64,000 nt of DNA from Promethearchaeota archaeon (GCA_029838195.1 JALGVJ010000014.1:32796-96795), one strand, 5' to 3'. Numbered from the stretch's first letter, positions 1-11,005 are shown. Notes: generated by a model from the sequence alone, not told the origin. Made by a program: numbers and translations.

Positions 1-111
1 AATGAGAACCAATTCTGAATAATTTAAAATTTTCATTTTTTATTTAGATCTTAACTTTTTTATGGAACAAACTCCTTATTTTAATGAAATAAAAGGAGGT
101 AGAGGAGAGCC

Positions 112-771
112 ATGGGATTCCTCATTAGAGTAGCTGGTAAAAATATTGAAGATACTAAGATGTTTTTAGATATTGCCGTAGATTACATAATTGAAGGAAA
201 GATAGTGGCATTTCCCATGGATAGCGTGTATGGTTTGGGAGGCGACCCCTTAAATCTTGACGTTATTGAGCGATTAAACCAGATTAAATTTCAGGAGGAA
301 AATAAAGGATTTTTCTTATTATTAACCGACATGGAAGAAGCAGTAAAGATAGCAGAATTCAATCCCATGGCTCTAAAATTGGCAAAGAAATTTTGGCCGG
401 GCCAACTTAATTTAGTTTTAAAGAGGAAAAGTCCTAGCATCATACCGCCTGAAGTGAGTCTGCATGCGGATACGATTGGAATCCAAGTACCTCAGAACCA
501 ACTCATTCTCACGATCTTGAACTTATTGAAAGAGAGAGGATATTTTGCGGGAATCCTGGCCACTTCTGCGAATTATTCTGATGAGCCTCCTTCGATTAGC
601 GGAAAAGAAGTAGTACGGAAATTTTTAACTCAAATAGATTTAATTTTAGATGGAGGAGTTTCTGAATTTAAAATTCCCACGACAATGGTAGATTGCACTG
701 GAGATACTCCCGTTTTTCTGCGCATTGGCGTTTTAAAGGAAGAACAGATCTTGGAGGCATTAAAAGAATGA
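112..771 (+). CDS. sua5: L-threonylcarbamoyladenylate synthase (Sua5/YrdC/TsaC family)
   Basis: VAFPMDSVYGLG, KFWPGQL, ATSAN, ILDGG, PTTMVD and LRIG motifs; YrdC domain only. Confidence 0.9.
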   Translation: MGFLIRVAGKNIEDTKMFLDIAVDYIIEGKIVAFPMDSVYGLGGDPLNLDVIERLNQIKFQEENKGFFLLLTDMEEAVKIAEFNPMALKLAKKFWPGQLNLVLKRKSPSIIPPEVSLHADTIGIQVPQNQLILTILNLLKERGYFAGILATSANYSDEPPSISGKEVVRKFLTQIDLILDGGVSEFKIPTTMVDCTGDTPVFLRIGVLKEEQILEALKE

Positions 772-794
772 GAAAGAAGAGTTGATGAGATGGC

Positions 795-1337
795 TTGAAT
801 AATTTTAATCTACTTGTATCTACTTCAAGATATAATGAAATAAATGCGGAAGCCGAGATTTGGTTTTGTTTATTGCTCTGTGGGGATGATTATCCGATAA
901 TTTCCAAGTTGGATTTTCCAGGGTTAGTTATTGCGTTGACTAACAAGGATCCTAAGAAGGTAATTCAAGAGTTACGCAAAATTTTAGAGAATGACCCAAG
1001 TTTTTTCCAATTCATTTTAAAAATCATTCCAATAGACATGGTATGTTATACCAATACAAATATAATTAAAGAATTAATTAAGGAATCGTATAGAAAATAT
1101 ATTGATGAACATGAAACTTTTAGAATAATTTTAAATCGTAGAAAGCATGAAAATATCGAGCGTGAAACATTCATAAATACTATTGCTAGCGTGATCGATA
1201 ATAAAGTAGATTTGGAAAATCCGGATAAAATTGTGAGAATTGAAATTTTAGGTAATACATGTGGTATTGCGTTCCTCAAGAATGGGGATATCCTCCAGAT
1301 TTCTGCTGAATTTCATGAAGAGGAAAATTCATTCTAA
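795..1337 (+). CDS. THUMP-domain RNA-binding protein
   Basis: ILKIIPID, TFRI..NRRK and KVDLENPDKIVRIEILG are typical of THUMP; TTG start. Confidence 0.85.
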   Translation: MNNFNLLVSTSRYNEINAEAEIWFCLLLCGDDYPIISKLDFPGLVIALTNKDPKKVIQELRKILENDPSFFQFILKIIPIDMVCYTNTNIIKELIKESYRKYIDEHETFRIILNRRKHENIERETFINTIASVIDNKVDLENPDKIVRIEILGNTCGIAFLKNGDILQISAEFHEEENSF

Positions 1338-1985
1338 GGAAACTTTTTCTAAACTTAATAATGCCATTTCTTCACATATTAAGTCCAATAATACTTTTTC
1401 TGCTATTTCAGGTTCCGAGTAGAGGGTATTCAAGGATCCCTGTTTTATTCCATGGGATTCCAGAATGATTTTAATTTGCTCCTTATTAAATTTATAGAAA
1501 TTTTTAATTTTTTCTAATTTATTGCTTGTTAAGCTTTCAAATTTCACATCACATTCTTTAGTCTTAAATTGTTCTTCTACTTCTTTCATGATTTTTTCAC
1601 AATTATTTTCTGAGGAGATGATGCAGCAAGGAATTCTTTTTTTTAATAATAGTTCATTAGTAACGCCAAAATACTTGAGAGCATTAATAATTTGCCGATT
1701 AGCGGATAAATAGAGGAGGAATTCAATATTTTTAGATTGAGAGATATTAGTGTTATTAGCAAAAGCTTTTTGAACAAAATAAATAGCAGAATAAACATGA
1801 TCTTCATTTAAAATGTATTCGTCATTGAAAAGTTGGATGACAACCTGATTATTTTTTTTTTGAATGGAATCAATAACTTTAAAAGCGGAATCCAAGTCAA
1901 GATTACTCTTTTGAAGATCTAATTGGCACAATCCTACAAAATATAATAGTTCTAAATCTTCAATATAAAATTCTTCTACAATCAT
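1329..1985 (-). CDS. cgi121: KEOPS complex subunit Cgi121
   Basis: IQLFN, NISQSKNIEFLLYLSANRQIINALKYFGV and C-terminal EEMALL. Confidence 0.85.
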   Translation of the reverse strand: MIVEEFYIEDLELLYFVGLCQLDLQKSNLDLDSAFKVIDSIQKKNNQVVIQLFNDEYILNEDHVYSAIYFVQKAFANNTNISQSKNIEFLLYLSANRQIINALKYFGVTNELLLKKRIPCCIISSENNCEKIMKEVEEQFKTKECDVKFESLTSNKLEKIKNFYKFNKEQIKIILESHGIKQGSLNTLYSEPEIAEKVLLDLICEEMALLSLEKVSLE

Positions 1986-1998
1986 GCGTGGTCACGGT

Positions 1999-2766
1999 TC
2001 ATAATGGTAAAGTCCATTGAAGCCAAGAGGGCATTTGAGAGAAATTAATTCTGATAATAATTAAACATATTAGAAAGAATATTAAGTAACTGGTAAAGAA
2101 CCAATCTTTTAAAGTGTATTTGATTTCATGATAAAAGGTCCTTCTTTTCTTGGAGCCAAAGGCTCTTGATTCTAAAGCTTCAGCCACGTTAAATGCTCTC
2201 CTGATAGAACATATTATCAAGGGAATTAATAAGGGAAATAAATTCTTGATCTGATTAATAATGCCTTTTTGTTCCATTTCATATCCCCTACTTTTTTGGG
2301 CATCGATGATGTTCTGAGCTTCCATGGCTATTGTCGGTACGAACCGAAAGGCTAATGAAAATGAAAATCCATATTCATAGGGAATTTTTATGGAGATTAA
2401 AGAAAGTGCTAAATCATTCGGATCCACGGTTAAAAAAAAGATGGAGAATGCAGAGAGCATGATCATTATTCTCAATACCATGGCCAAGGCAAAATTTAAT
2501 GAGAGAAAAAGGGTATTAAGTAGGATGATGAGAAAGATGAGAAAAGACATGCCTTGCACGCTTTTCCACCATTCTTTTATCATTTTGCCTAATAATACGA
2601 TAGGGAGGATGCTTATAAAAATGATAAATAAGGGCATGATTTCCGTGAAAAGCAAGGCACTAATAGCGTAAGTTAAAGCAAATAGGAATTTCGCACGGGG
2701 ATCTAACTCATGAATTAAAGAATCTTTTTTAAGAAACTTGAAGGCTTCTAAAAATTGTAGGGACAT
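1999..2766 (-). CDS. ecfT: ECF transporter transmembrane component T
   Basis: LDPRAK, LAFRFVP, AQKSRG and EALESRAF motifs; adjacent to two ABC ATPases. Confidence 0.92.
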   Translation of the reverse strand: MSLQFLEAFKFLKKDSLIHELDPRAKFLFALTYAISALLFTEIMPLFIIFISILPIVLLGKMIKEWWKSVQGMSFLIFLIILLNTLFLSLNFALAMVLRIMIMLSAFSIFFLTVDPNDLALSLISIKIPYEYGFSFSLAFRFVPTIAMEAQNIIDAQKSRGYEMEQKGIINQIKNLFPLLIPLIICSIRRAFNVAEALESRAFGSKKRRTFYHEIKYTLKDWFFTSYLIFFLICLIIIRINFSQMPSWLQWTLPL

Positions 2767-2777
2767 GTTTCTTTAAT

Positions 2778-3632
2778 TTAACTATTTCCTCTTGTTTTTA
2801 AAAATTCTTGAATAAATTGTATCATATCGTTAGGACTATGAATCTCTTTAGTAATTTTAATGCCCATTTGTTCTAAAGACTCTTTAAACGAATAAATTTG
2901 GGGTAAAATGAGAGAGCCTTTTTTAATCAATGCTTTATTTTTTAATACTAATCTTGTCGGGCCATCTGCCAAAATTTCTCCCTTTTGCATTAAAATTATT
3001 CGAGGCAGATGTTCCATCGCAAATTCTACATCATGGGTGACGATAATAATAGTTTTTTTCTTTTTCTTTTCCTTTTCTAAAAGCTTTAAGAAGAATTGGT
3101 TGTTTTTATAATCTTGTCCAATGGTAGGTTCATCAAAGATTAAGATTTCGGGATCTCTACAGATGATGGAAGCAACGGAGAGTTTTTTCATTTCGCCTCC
3201 TGAAAGATTTAAGGGAGAGCGGGTTTTATATTGATTTAAATCAAAATCCGTGAGGATCGATTGAATAATCTTATTGTATTCTTCTTTATTGATATCTGTA
3301 CTTTTTAAGGAGAATTTGATTTCATCTTCTACCGTATTAGAAAATAATTGATGATTGGGATTTTGAAAAACAAGACCAATTTCTTTTGATAAAGAGGCTG
3401 TAGATTCGGTATTAATATCATTTCCTTTATAAAATATCGACCCTCGAGTAGGACGGAGGAGTCCATTAAACATTTTGATTAAAGTTGTTTTTCCAGCTCC
3501 ATTACTTCCCATTAATCCCACAATTTCACCTTTTTGTACAGAAAAAGTAATATCTTTAAGCACATTCTCATGAGTATTCGGATATTTATACCAAACATGT
3601 AGTACGCTAAGAATGGGAGGTTTTTCGGTCAT
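2778..3632 (-). CDS. ecfA2: ECF transporter ATPase
   Basis: GSNGAGKTT, FQNP, LSGGE, FDEPT, VTHD. Confidence 0.9.
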   Translation of the reverse strand: MTEKPPILSVLHVWYKYPNTHENVLKDITFSVQKGEIVGLMGSNGAGKTTLIKMFNGLLRPTRGSIFYKGNDINTESTASLSKEIGLVFQNPNHQLFSNTVEDEIKFSLKSTDINKEEYNKIIQSILTDFDLNQYKTRSPLNLSGGEMKKLSVASIICRDPEILIFDEPTIGQDYKNNQFFLKLLEKEKKKKKTIIIVTHDVEFAMEHLPRIILMQKGEILADGPTRLVLKNKALIKKGSLILPQIYSFKESLEQMGIKITKEIHSPNDMIQFIQEFLKTRGNS

Positions 3633-3644
3633 TTTTTCGAGTTA

Positions 3645-4490
3645 TTATTCTAAAGAATAATTTTTGATCCAATTTATTGCGCTTTCGATTGAAATAGGGA
3701 TATTTCCTCGAAATAATCTTTTTTCCTTTAATTCATGAAAAACGGAATAAATCATGGGTTTATTAATTTCAATTTTTGGATATAGTTCTCCATTAACGAT
3801 ATTTTTGGCAGAATCATAAGCAAGCACCTTACCATCTTTCATGAGTATGATCTCATCCACTAAAGGCATAATTAGATCCATGCGATGCTCGCTAATAATT
3901 ACGGTTAATTCCAATTTTTTTTGAATCTCTTTTAACACGGAGAGAATTTTACGAGCAAAATAGGGATCGAGAGTAGCAGTAGGTTCATCCAAAACCAAGA
4001 TCTTTGGCTCTAAAACGAGAATTGAAGCAATAGCTACTCTTTGTTGCTCTCCTCCGCTTAAATTAAAAGGTGCTTTATCCATGAGATGCTGAATGTCCAT
4101 TAATTCCGATACTTGTTCAATTTTTTCTTTAATGATTTCTCTGGGTACTCCTAAGTTTTCCAAGCCAAAAGCAATTTCATATTCCACGTTCATGGCAATG
4201 AGTTGATTTTCAGGATTTTGAAACACGATGCCAACTTCCGTGGACAAATCAGCTATTGACGTGGTCGTGGTATCTTTTCCATTTACGAATACATTACCTT
4301 TATAATAGCCGGCATAAAATTGGGGAATTAGACCATTCATGCATCTAATTAGGGAAGTCTTACCCGAACCCGTTTCTCCTGCTAATAAAATGAATTTATT
4401 TTTAGAAATTTTTAAATTGATATCATCTAGGGCATGTTTTTCATTTCCTTTATAGCGAAAATAAAAATGTTTAAATTCTATTATAGCCAT
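3645..4490 (-). CDS. ecfA1: ECF transporter ATPase
   Basis: GETGSGKTS, FQNPENQ, LSGGEQQR, LDEPT, SEHR. Confidence 0.9.
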   Translation of the reverse strand: MAIIEFKHFYFRYKGNEKHALDDINLKISKNKFILLAGETGSGKTSLIRCMNGLIPQFYAGYYKGNVFVNGKDTTTTSIADLSTEVGIVFQNPENQLIAMNVEYEIAFGLENLGVPREIIKEKIEQVSELMDIQHLMDKAPFNLSGGEQQRVAIASILVLEPKILVLDEPTATLDPYFARKILSVLKEIQKKLELTVIISEHRMDLIMPLVDEIILMKDGKVLAYDSAKNIVNGELYPKIEINKPMIYSVFHELKEKRLFRGNIPISIESAINWIKNYSLE

Positions 4491-4531
4491 GAATGCTTAC
4501 TTCTTTTCCGCTAATTAATGTATTAAAACGG

Positions 4532-5581
4532 TCATTCATTTAAAATTTTTAGAATTTTTTTTAGGATTTCTTCAACCGTGCGTTCTAATGATTTTTGACC
4601 ATTAAGGGAGGCTGCGCACGGATGTCCTCCTCCATTTCCATCGGATATATCAGAGACCGATTGAAGAATTTCACTTAAATTCAATCCATATTGATCACAT
4701 AATTTCATTTTAGCTCGCATGCTGATTCTAAAATGTTCTCGCCTTTTTTTTGAGTATACCAAGCTAACATCGCATCCAATTTTTACTAAAAGAGAAGCCA
4801 AATCCGCTTCATGGCTTCCCACGTGAGAGATTCCAATTAGCCACCCCTTTTTTTTCATGAGCTTAAGTCTTTGTAGGCCTTTAATCATCGCAATTTTCTC
4901 GGAAAGGGAAGGCTCCTCTTCAAGCATTTCCATGACATCCTTGATCAGTATGTCTTTTTCATTAAGAAGTAAAGCCGCTCTTTTGATGGTATCATTATTT
5001 CCATGCATGAAAAACCCGCTATCAATTAAAAGACCGGCGAGTAATAGAAATTTAAGGGAAGTAGGTAATTTAATATCAAGGATTTTACCAATTTCCCAGA
5101 TGATTTCAGAAGTGGAAGAAAATTGAGGAAGAATGAGATTAAATTCGGTTAAATTAGAATTCTGTTTCATTATTGTCGGAACATGATGATCAATAAAAAA
5201 ATAGGGGTAATTTTTTAGCGTGAAATTTAATTCTCTCATGAAAGTAATTTGATTCGGATTATTTGTATCTAATATAATGATAACATCGCCAAGGAAAGAT
5301 GGGGGATTAGACTCCAACTCAATTGATATTTCGGGAAATTTTTGTTTAAATTTATGAAGATAAGTTTGAGATGATTTTGATAAGCGAGCATGAAGGATGA
5401 ACTTTTTTTTTTTATCTTGGAAAGCAAGGGTGAGAACGTGTTTAAAAACAACCAATGAGGCAAGTGCATCAATATCCGCTTGATCATGAGTAGTTAATAG
5501 AATTTTAGATTTATCCTTGAGAAAAGCTATTATTTTAAAAACCACTTGTTCAAGTTCAGATGCTTGATTATTCTTTTTCAA
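4532..5581 (-). CDS. DHH/DHHA1 family phosphoesterase
   Basis: TH..ADIDA, LDT, IDHH, DSG and GGGH motifs; exosome-operon context. Confidence 0.88.
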   Translation of the reverse strand: MKKNNQASELEQVVFKIIAFLKDKSKILLTTHDQADIDALASLVVFKHVLTLAFQDKKKKFILHARLSKSSQTYLHKFKQKFPEISIELESNPPSFLGDVIIILDTNNPNQITFMRELNFTLKNYPYFFIDHHVPTIMKQNSNLTEFNLILPQFSSTSEIIWEIGKILDIKLPTSLKFLLLAGLLIDSGFFMHGNNDTIKRAALLLNEKDILIKDVMEMLEEEPSLSEKIAMIKGLQRLKLMKKKGWLIGISHVGSHEADLASLLVKIGCDVSLVYSKKRREHFRISMRAKMKLCDQYGLNLSEILQSVSDISDGNGGGHPCAASLNGQKSLERTVEEILKKILKILNE

Positions 5582-5708
5582 AAAAACCGCATCCTATTCT
5601 CATGAATTATACTAATTAGATTGAATGAACGGGATGTTAAAAAAACTTGAAATAATCAGAAAAAAAGCAAGAATCCTTTTCTATAATCCCTTGAAGGAAC
5701 ATATTGAT

Positions 5709-6071
5709 TTAAACGCTCTGATTGCGCAAATCTGATTCAAGCGATTTTCTCATGGTATCAATTTGATTTTTCGTGCGGTCGAGCTTTTGTGCTAAGGTCT
5801 TAGATCTCATTTCTAGCGTTGCTTTCATTGACTTTTTTTCCGCCAATAATTTATTTCTATCGCAGCGGACTAATATACCGCCTATCGATTTATATACAAT
5901 TTCCTCGGGATTTGTTTTTTCTAATTCTTCGATAGCTAATTCCGTTTCTCGCAACGAGGTATCAATTTTAAGTTTTTGAGCAGTTAAATAGTCAAAAGTT
6001 TGCTGTAATTTCTGAAAGTTCAATATTTTTTGTTTAACATCTTCGCTTAAATTATCTAAATTAATTGACAT
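5709..6071 (-). CDS. pfdB: Prefoldin beta subunit
   Basis: Coiled coils flanking VYKSIGGILV; conserved gene order. Confidence 0.92.
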   Translation of the reverse strand: MSINLDNLSEDVKQKILNFQKLQQTFDYLTAQKLKIDTSLRETELAIEELEKTNPEEIVYKSIGGILVRCDRNKLLAEKKSMKATLEMRSKTLAQKLDRTKNQIDTMRKSLESDLRNQSV

Positions 6072-6151
6072 GATTTTTTCTTCAATCTTTCTTTTTTAAT
6101 TATATTATTTTATTGGGTTATTAGAAATGTTAAAAAATTTTGGATTTTAAT

Positions 6152-6424
6152 TCATGATTGGGCAATGATCTGAATTGAATTTTCTACGATTTTTCCTAAC
6201 GTAATGATATCATTGATGGAGGCTCGAAACGCCGTGATATCCTTGCTCTTAATTTCAAAGGATAATAAATTTTTTTTCTTTTTTTTCATACTAATTTGGG
6301 AGCGTTTTGTTTGAAGTCTTTTTAATTCGGGAAGATAAGAATTATACGCAATATTTCGATATCGTGAATTGTTAAAAATAAAATTAATCTTCCCTTGAAT
6401 AAAAAAAGCGCTCGAAATTTGCAT
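6152..6424 (-). CDS. pcc1: KEOPS complex subunit Pcc1
   Basis: IKSKDITAFRASIN motif; lies between rpl37ae and prefoldin. Confidence 0.85.
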   Translation of the reverse strand: MQISSAFFIQGKINFIFNNSRYRNIAYNSYLPELKRLQTKRSQISMKKKKKNLLSFEIKSKDITAFRASINDIITLGKIVENSIQIIAQS

Positions 6425-6726
6425 TATTCTTCAATTACTTCCAATTCTCTTTGCTTGCGTTTAGAGATTCTGGAAGATTCTAATCCTCTTTGGGTTATTA
6501 TATAATAGGCACCGCCCGTAAATTTCGCATCACATTTTCTACAATGCCATATACCAGTAGAAACTCTATGGACGGCTCCTCTATACTCGCAACGAGGACA
6601 TTTGATCTTCCCCTTCTCCCGTTCCATGACTTTTCTCCAGCGCTTTCTTAAAGTGGTACCGTATCGAGCACCAAATCTCCCGCTAATACCGCTCTTTGAT
6701 TTTTTTCTTGCCAAAACCCGCACCAA
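6424..6726 (-). CDS. rpl37ae: 50S ribosomal protein L37Ae (eL43)
   Basis: GRFGARYG, CPRC...GIWHCRKC, FTGGAY; true start may be a few codons downstream. Confidence 0.95.
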   Translation of the reverse strand: MVRVLARKKSKSGISGRFGARYGTTLRKRWRKVMEREKGKIKCPRCEYRGAVHRVSTGIWHCRKCDAKFTGGAYYIITQRGLESSRISKRKQRELEVIEE

Positions 6727-6835
6727 TCAATAATTAATCTTGAGTATTAAATGTTCAAACATGAAATAAAATAAAATTTTTACTAATTTCATGATTTTCT
6801 GGCAAAATTAATAGAGACAAAAAAAAATTTTGGGG

Positions 6836-7675
6836 TTAAGACCCATATTGTCTTAAATTCAATTTTTTTCTAAGATCTTCTGCGATTTCTAAAGTTTTTT
6901 TACCCAAAAATTTCAACTCATCAATACTAAACGTAGCAGGACCACTTTTTTGAATGGAGGTGATCTTATTATTTTCCGTTACTGAAATGGAGATTCTCCC
7001 ATCTGAGACTAATTCTTCTGGCAGACTGGGGTCTAAAAATAAAATATCATCGATTTTACCATATGTTACAACGATGGGTAATTCATTAATGATTTGATTA
7101 CTCGTCAAATAATTTCCAGTCCATTCCACGCTTCCACCATTGTCTCCTTCTTTCCATTTTCCTTCCGGAATGCGCATTGAAAGTAAGGCTGTTAAAGCTC
7201 CAATCCCTCCACAATCCACTAAATTTCCCCCATGATTAATCACATACATGTCCACGTATAATATATAAACTGCCTTTCCTTCCTTGATACATAATTTTTT
7301 TGTTTGAAGGCAATCTGCATGACGAATTCCTCTATCCACGACTCTCGCTAATTCTATGGATTGCTCATCTGGAGGGCCACTTTCAAAAAGAGGAGAAGCT
7401 AAGGGAAGCAATTCTGCCATGATAGTACATACACCTTCATCAGGCTGATCGGGAAAAGGTTCTCCGATTTCATATTTCACTCCCGTAATTATCCGACTTG
7501 CAGCTAATCGAACGTCCGAAGATCCTTCTGCGGAAGCGATACAATCCGTCTTTATATTAAAATCCCGATATTCCCATAATCCTCTTCCATCTATTCGATT
7601 TTCATTTTTTAGATTGGATTTTATATAATTCTTCTCGATACTCGAAATCACTCTTTTAATATCCATCATGTTCAC
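6836..7675 (-). CDS. rrp42: Exosome complex component Rrp42
   Basis: RIDGR, FESGPP, ELARVVDRGIR. Confidence 0.95.
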   Translation of the reverse strand: MNMMDIKRVISSIEKNYIKSNLKNENRIDGRGLWEYRDFNIKTDCIASAEGSSDVRLAASRIITGVKYEIGEPFPDQPDEGVCTIMAELLPLASPLFESGPPDEQSIELARVVDRGIRHADCLQTKKLCIKEGKAVYILYVDMYVINHGGNLVDCGGIGALTALLSMRIPEGKWKEGDNGGSVEWTGNYLTSNQIINELPIVVTYGKIDDILFLDPSLPEELVSDGRISISVTENNKITSIQKSGPATFSIDELKFLGKKTLEIAEDLRKKLNLRQYGS

Positions 7676-8460
7676 TCTTCGCCTCTTTCTTGGTTATTTT
7701 TTTCATTTTGTTGAGATATTCGTTCTTGAATATCGATATATTTACGTTTTAAAGCATCTTTCTGGAGGTCATATATCTTTTTCAAGGCTTCTGTTGCCAA
7801 ATCTAAACATTCATTATATTCTTCTAACGTCATGTCTCCATCAAATTGTAAAAGAGAAAATTCATTATTGAACCAAGTCATTGCACACGGAAGGTCTGCT
7901 TCTCCCGCTTTGTCTTCAATGCCACTCAAGTCAACGATTAATTTTCCATCAATTTTACCAACGGCAACAGCCGTTACTAAGCTTCTCATGGGAATACCCG
8001 CATCAGCTAAAGCTAACGAAGCTACCGTGGTACTTGCACATCGCGTTCCCCCATCGGCATCAATAACTTGAATAAAGACTTCAAAACTCGTTCCCGGATA
8101 TAATTCGAGGAACAAAACGGGTTCCAAGCATTCACCGATGATCATGGAAATTTCCTTTTCCCTACGTCCCGGAGCGGGGCGTTTTCTTTCAAATACGGAA
8201 AACGTGGACATTCGGTAAAAAACCCGTAATATGCCCCGGTCTGGTTTAGCAAGATGATGAGGGTGGACTTCTCTGGGTCCGTAGACCGCTGCATAAATCT
8301 TATTGTTTCCCCATTCAATATATGCACTCCCGTCTGCATTATCAATAACTCCTACTTCCATTTTTATGGGCCTTAATTCAAATAGATCTCTACCATCCAG
8401 ACGTTTACCATCTTCTCGGAATAATTTTTCCGGATATTCATCTTTTATTAATAACGTCAT
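7672..8460 (-). CDS. rrp41: Exosome complex exonuclease Rrp41
   Basis: RLDGR, ADGSAYIEWG, VYGPRE, DGGTR. Confidence 0.96.
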   Translation of the reverse strand: MTLLIKDEYPEKLFREDGKRLDGRDLFELRPIKMEVGVIDNADGSAYIEWGNNKIYAAVYGPREVHPHHLAKPDRGILRVFYRMSTFSVFERKRPAPGRREKEISMIIGECLEPVLFLELYPGTSFEVFIQVIDADGGTRCASTTVASLALADAGIPMRSLVTAVAVGKIDGKLIVDLSGIEDKAGEADLPCAMTWFNNEFSLLQFDGDMTLEEYNECLDLATEALKKIYDLQKDALKRKYIDIQERISQQNEKNNQERGEE

Positions 8461-9261
8461 TTATTTAATCCCTCTTTTAATTTTTTCATTTTCAATAAAC
8501 TCTTGCATTCTATCCGTTAGTCCAACGGTATGGGCTTCTGTCGTAATTTTATAAATCGCATCAATTAGCAGGCGCTCATGAGCAAAAGCTGCTGATGGAT
8601 CGCCATAGATTTCAGATTTAATCCAAATTCTCCCATTTTGAGTAACGAATATATTACATTTAGTTAATTTTTTTAAGATTTTAATCATGGAACCGTTTCG
8701 TCCAATGATGCGGGGCACTTTTGGAGGTTCAATGGAAATAATTACACCTCCAGTTTTTTTCCCCAAATATTTACCAATAGTGGTTAATTCGGGTTTATTC
8801 AAGCGATCGGCAGAAAGGACTTTAGCGATTATAGCATCTCCGATCTCATACCTCTCCACCTCTTCTCCTTTTTTATGATCTCCGATTCCCACTTTCACAA
8901 TCCTTTTGAGCCGCCTTTTATCTTTTTTCATCATATTTTTTGGTTTTAAAATGGCAAAATCTTTAGCTCCAATATCACACTTGTATTTCACGGGGTTTTT
9001 ATCAATCACTATTGCTAAAACTTTATCGCCCGGACGAGGTGTATAAAAACCTCGAAGAGGTATTACATTAACATAATTTTTAGTTATTTGTTTTAATCCA
9101 ATGGTTAAAGAGATGATGGCATTTTTTTTTGGATTTATAATCGTACCTCGTCCTGGTAAATAATTTTGCACGTCTTCTGTTAAGACTTCTCCGGGAATAA
9201 CAATTTCCCGTGGAAGTTTATCGTCCTCAAAGACATCTTCTTCTTCAATATCTTCTTCCAT
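8461..9261 (-). CDS. rrp4: Exosome RNA-binding protein Rrp4
   Basis: VIPGE, S1 domain, KH motif VPRIIGRNGSMI, NGRIW. Confidence 0.93.
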   Translation of the reverse strand: MEEDIEEEDVFEDDKLPREIVIPGEVLTEDVQNYLPGRGTIINPKKNAIISLTIGLKQITKNYVNVIPLRGFYTPRPGDKVLAIVIDKNPVKYKCDIGAKDFAILKPKNMMKKDKRRLKRIVKVGIGDHKKGEEVERYEIGDAIIAKVLSADRLNKPELTTIGKYLGKKTGGVIISIEPPKVPRIIGRNGSMIKILKKLTKCNIFVTQNGRIWIKSEIYGDPSAAFAHERLLIDAIYKITTEAHTVGLTDRMQEFIENEKIKRGIK

Positions 9262-9381
9262 TTAATAATCCACACGTTCATTTGTAATTTTAATTAATTT
9301 TATATAATAACAAAGCATGATTATCATTCATTCATCCAAATCAAGAAATTAACAATATAGCAATTAATTAGGTTTTAAAAA

Positions 9382-10173
9382 TTAAGATTTTAAGATTTTC
9401 GTTTGCACGCGTCCATGAGTTAATTTATTTAATTTATCCATTAATTCCATTTGTAAACCAGCGGGAAGGCTTACAACAGCAACCCACGACCCATCAGATT
9501 GCCACTCTTCCTTTTTAATTTGAGCGTATTGAGCTACAATATTATATCCTTTTGCGGTATAAGAGGCAGGTATTTTTAATGCCATTTTTACTTGCTCCAT
9601 TTTGATGGGAATGACAGTTTGAATTTTCTTTACGATATCATCTACTTGCTCTTCAGCACTTTTCGTTATGTCAATTTTAACTCCTGCTTGTTCCATGGCT
9701 TTTTCAATTCTTTCTGGAGGATGGGGCTTTTTATTTTGAGGGTTGATTGCATTTTTCGCAATGATCGTGATTAATTGTTTTAAGATTTTTTGTCGCTCTT
9801 CTTCTCTCTGTTCTTTTGCCCATTGAATCCTTCCTTCTAAAAGAATATGAGCACCAATCTCCATGCTATCTGTTGTATTAAACACGGCTTCCATATCACC
9901 CACGGTAGCCCGTTTTCCCCTTTTTAAATCCTCGTATACATCAAATCTCTCAAAGATTAAGCTTAAATCAATCCGTGGATCTTTTAAAAGCTCATTTACG
10001 GTATATCGCAAATTCTTTTTCCCTTCCTTGATTCGCTTGTTAATTTCTTCTCTTATGATTTTTTTTGCCTCCCATGCTTTCTCCGGGTCCATCAGCATCT
10101 CAAATACTCGTCCTGATTTTTCAATACGTCCAATGATAAATTTTCCTAAATCTGTTCTTGGTCTATCTATCAA
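9382..10173 (-). CDS. Ribosome maturation factor SBDS/Sdo1
   Basis: NPQNKKPHPPERIEKAM, AEEQV, EEWQSDGSW, KLTHG; insertion in the N-terminal domain. Confidence 0.93.
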   Translation of the reverse strand: MIDRPRTDLGKFIIGRIEKSGRVFEMLMDPEKAWEAKKIIREEINKRIKEGKKNLRYTVNELLKDPRIDLSLIFERFDVYEDLKRGKRATVGDMEAVFNTTDSMEIGAHILLEGRIQWAKEQREEERQKILKQLITIIAKNAINPQNKKPHPPERIEKAMEQAGVKIDITKSAEEQVDDIVKKIQTVIPIKMEQVKMALKIPASYTAKGYNIVAQYAQIKKEEWQSDGSWVAVVSLPAGLQMELMDKLNKLTHGRVQTKILKS

Positions 10174-10285
10174 TAAAGGTCCCTTATGATTCTTTTAACT
10201 CACTTTTTTCCTTATCACGCTTTTAGGATTTTTTGTGGAATAAAAAAAGCATTTCCTTAATTCTCATGATAATAAAAAGGAAGTT

Positions 10286-11005
10286 TCAAAATTTTTGAAG
10301 ATATTCCTTCTTTTCCTCCAAATTTAATAATCGAAAAGTTCTATCTTCTTGTAATATAAATGCCATGTCGCAGGTATTTTCGTTCAACTTATCACCCATT
10401 AGCTCTTTTAATGCCCTTAATGGAAGGAGTTTCAATTCTTCGTCATTCATATTCTCATCATAGTGCTCTTCCAAGAACGTCCTTGCTTCATTAGCTCCTG
10501 AACCGATCGCAAATGCTTTATATCCCCACATGGCTCCACTTGGATCAGTTAAAAATAAGGCTGTCGTTCCATCCGTATCGATTCCTCCAATTAGGAAACT
10601 TACTCCAAAAGGACGCACTCCCGCATTTTGAGTAAATGCTTGTTTATATTCACAGATGTTTAAAGTAATGTCTTTTACCGAAATTTTCTCATCATAATTA
10701 AGTAAATTGATTTGAGCTTGCACGCGCGCACGATCAATTAAAACTCGGGCATCTGCGGTCAATCCCGCAATTGCAACTCCAATGTGATCGTCAATTTTAA
10801 AGATTTTTTCAGAGCCTAATTTTATTTCTTGTAATTCAATACTTTTTTTTTCTACCGCAAACACGACTGAATTTTTATTCTTGCACACAATGGCAGTCGT
10901 TCCCCTACGAACTGCCTCAATAGCATATTCTACTTGGAAGAGGCGGCCTTCTGGTGAAAATTGTGTGATTGCCATATCATATCCTCTTCCCGCTTGTTGA
11001 AACAC
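10286..11005 (-). CDS. psmA: Proteasome alpha subunit
   Basis: GYDMAITQFSPEGRLFQVEYA, RPFGVS, TDPSG. Confidence 0.96.
   Translation of the reverse strand: MFQQAGRGYDMAITQFSPEGRLFQVEYAIEAVRRGTTAIVCKNKNSVVFAVEKKSIELQEIKLGSEKIFKIDDHIGVAIAGLTADARVLIDRARVQAQINLLNYDEKISVKDITLNICEYKQAFTQNAGVRPFGVSFLIGGIDTDGTTALFLTDPSGAMWGYKAFAIGSGANEARTFLEEHYDENMNDEELKLLPLRALKELMGDKLNENTCDMAFILQEDRTFRLLNLEEKKEYLQKF

Noticed and set aside
8575-8625. Possible in-frame intron in rrp4 (extra residues IYGDPSAA, small ATGG/CCAT hairpin)
   Set aside because: No BHB geometry and the frame is open; more likely a loop insertion
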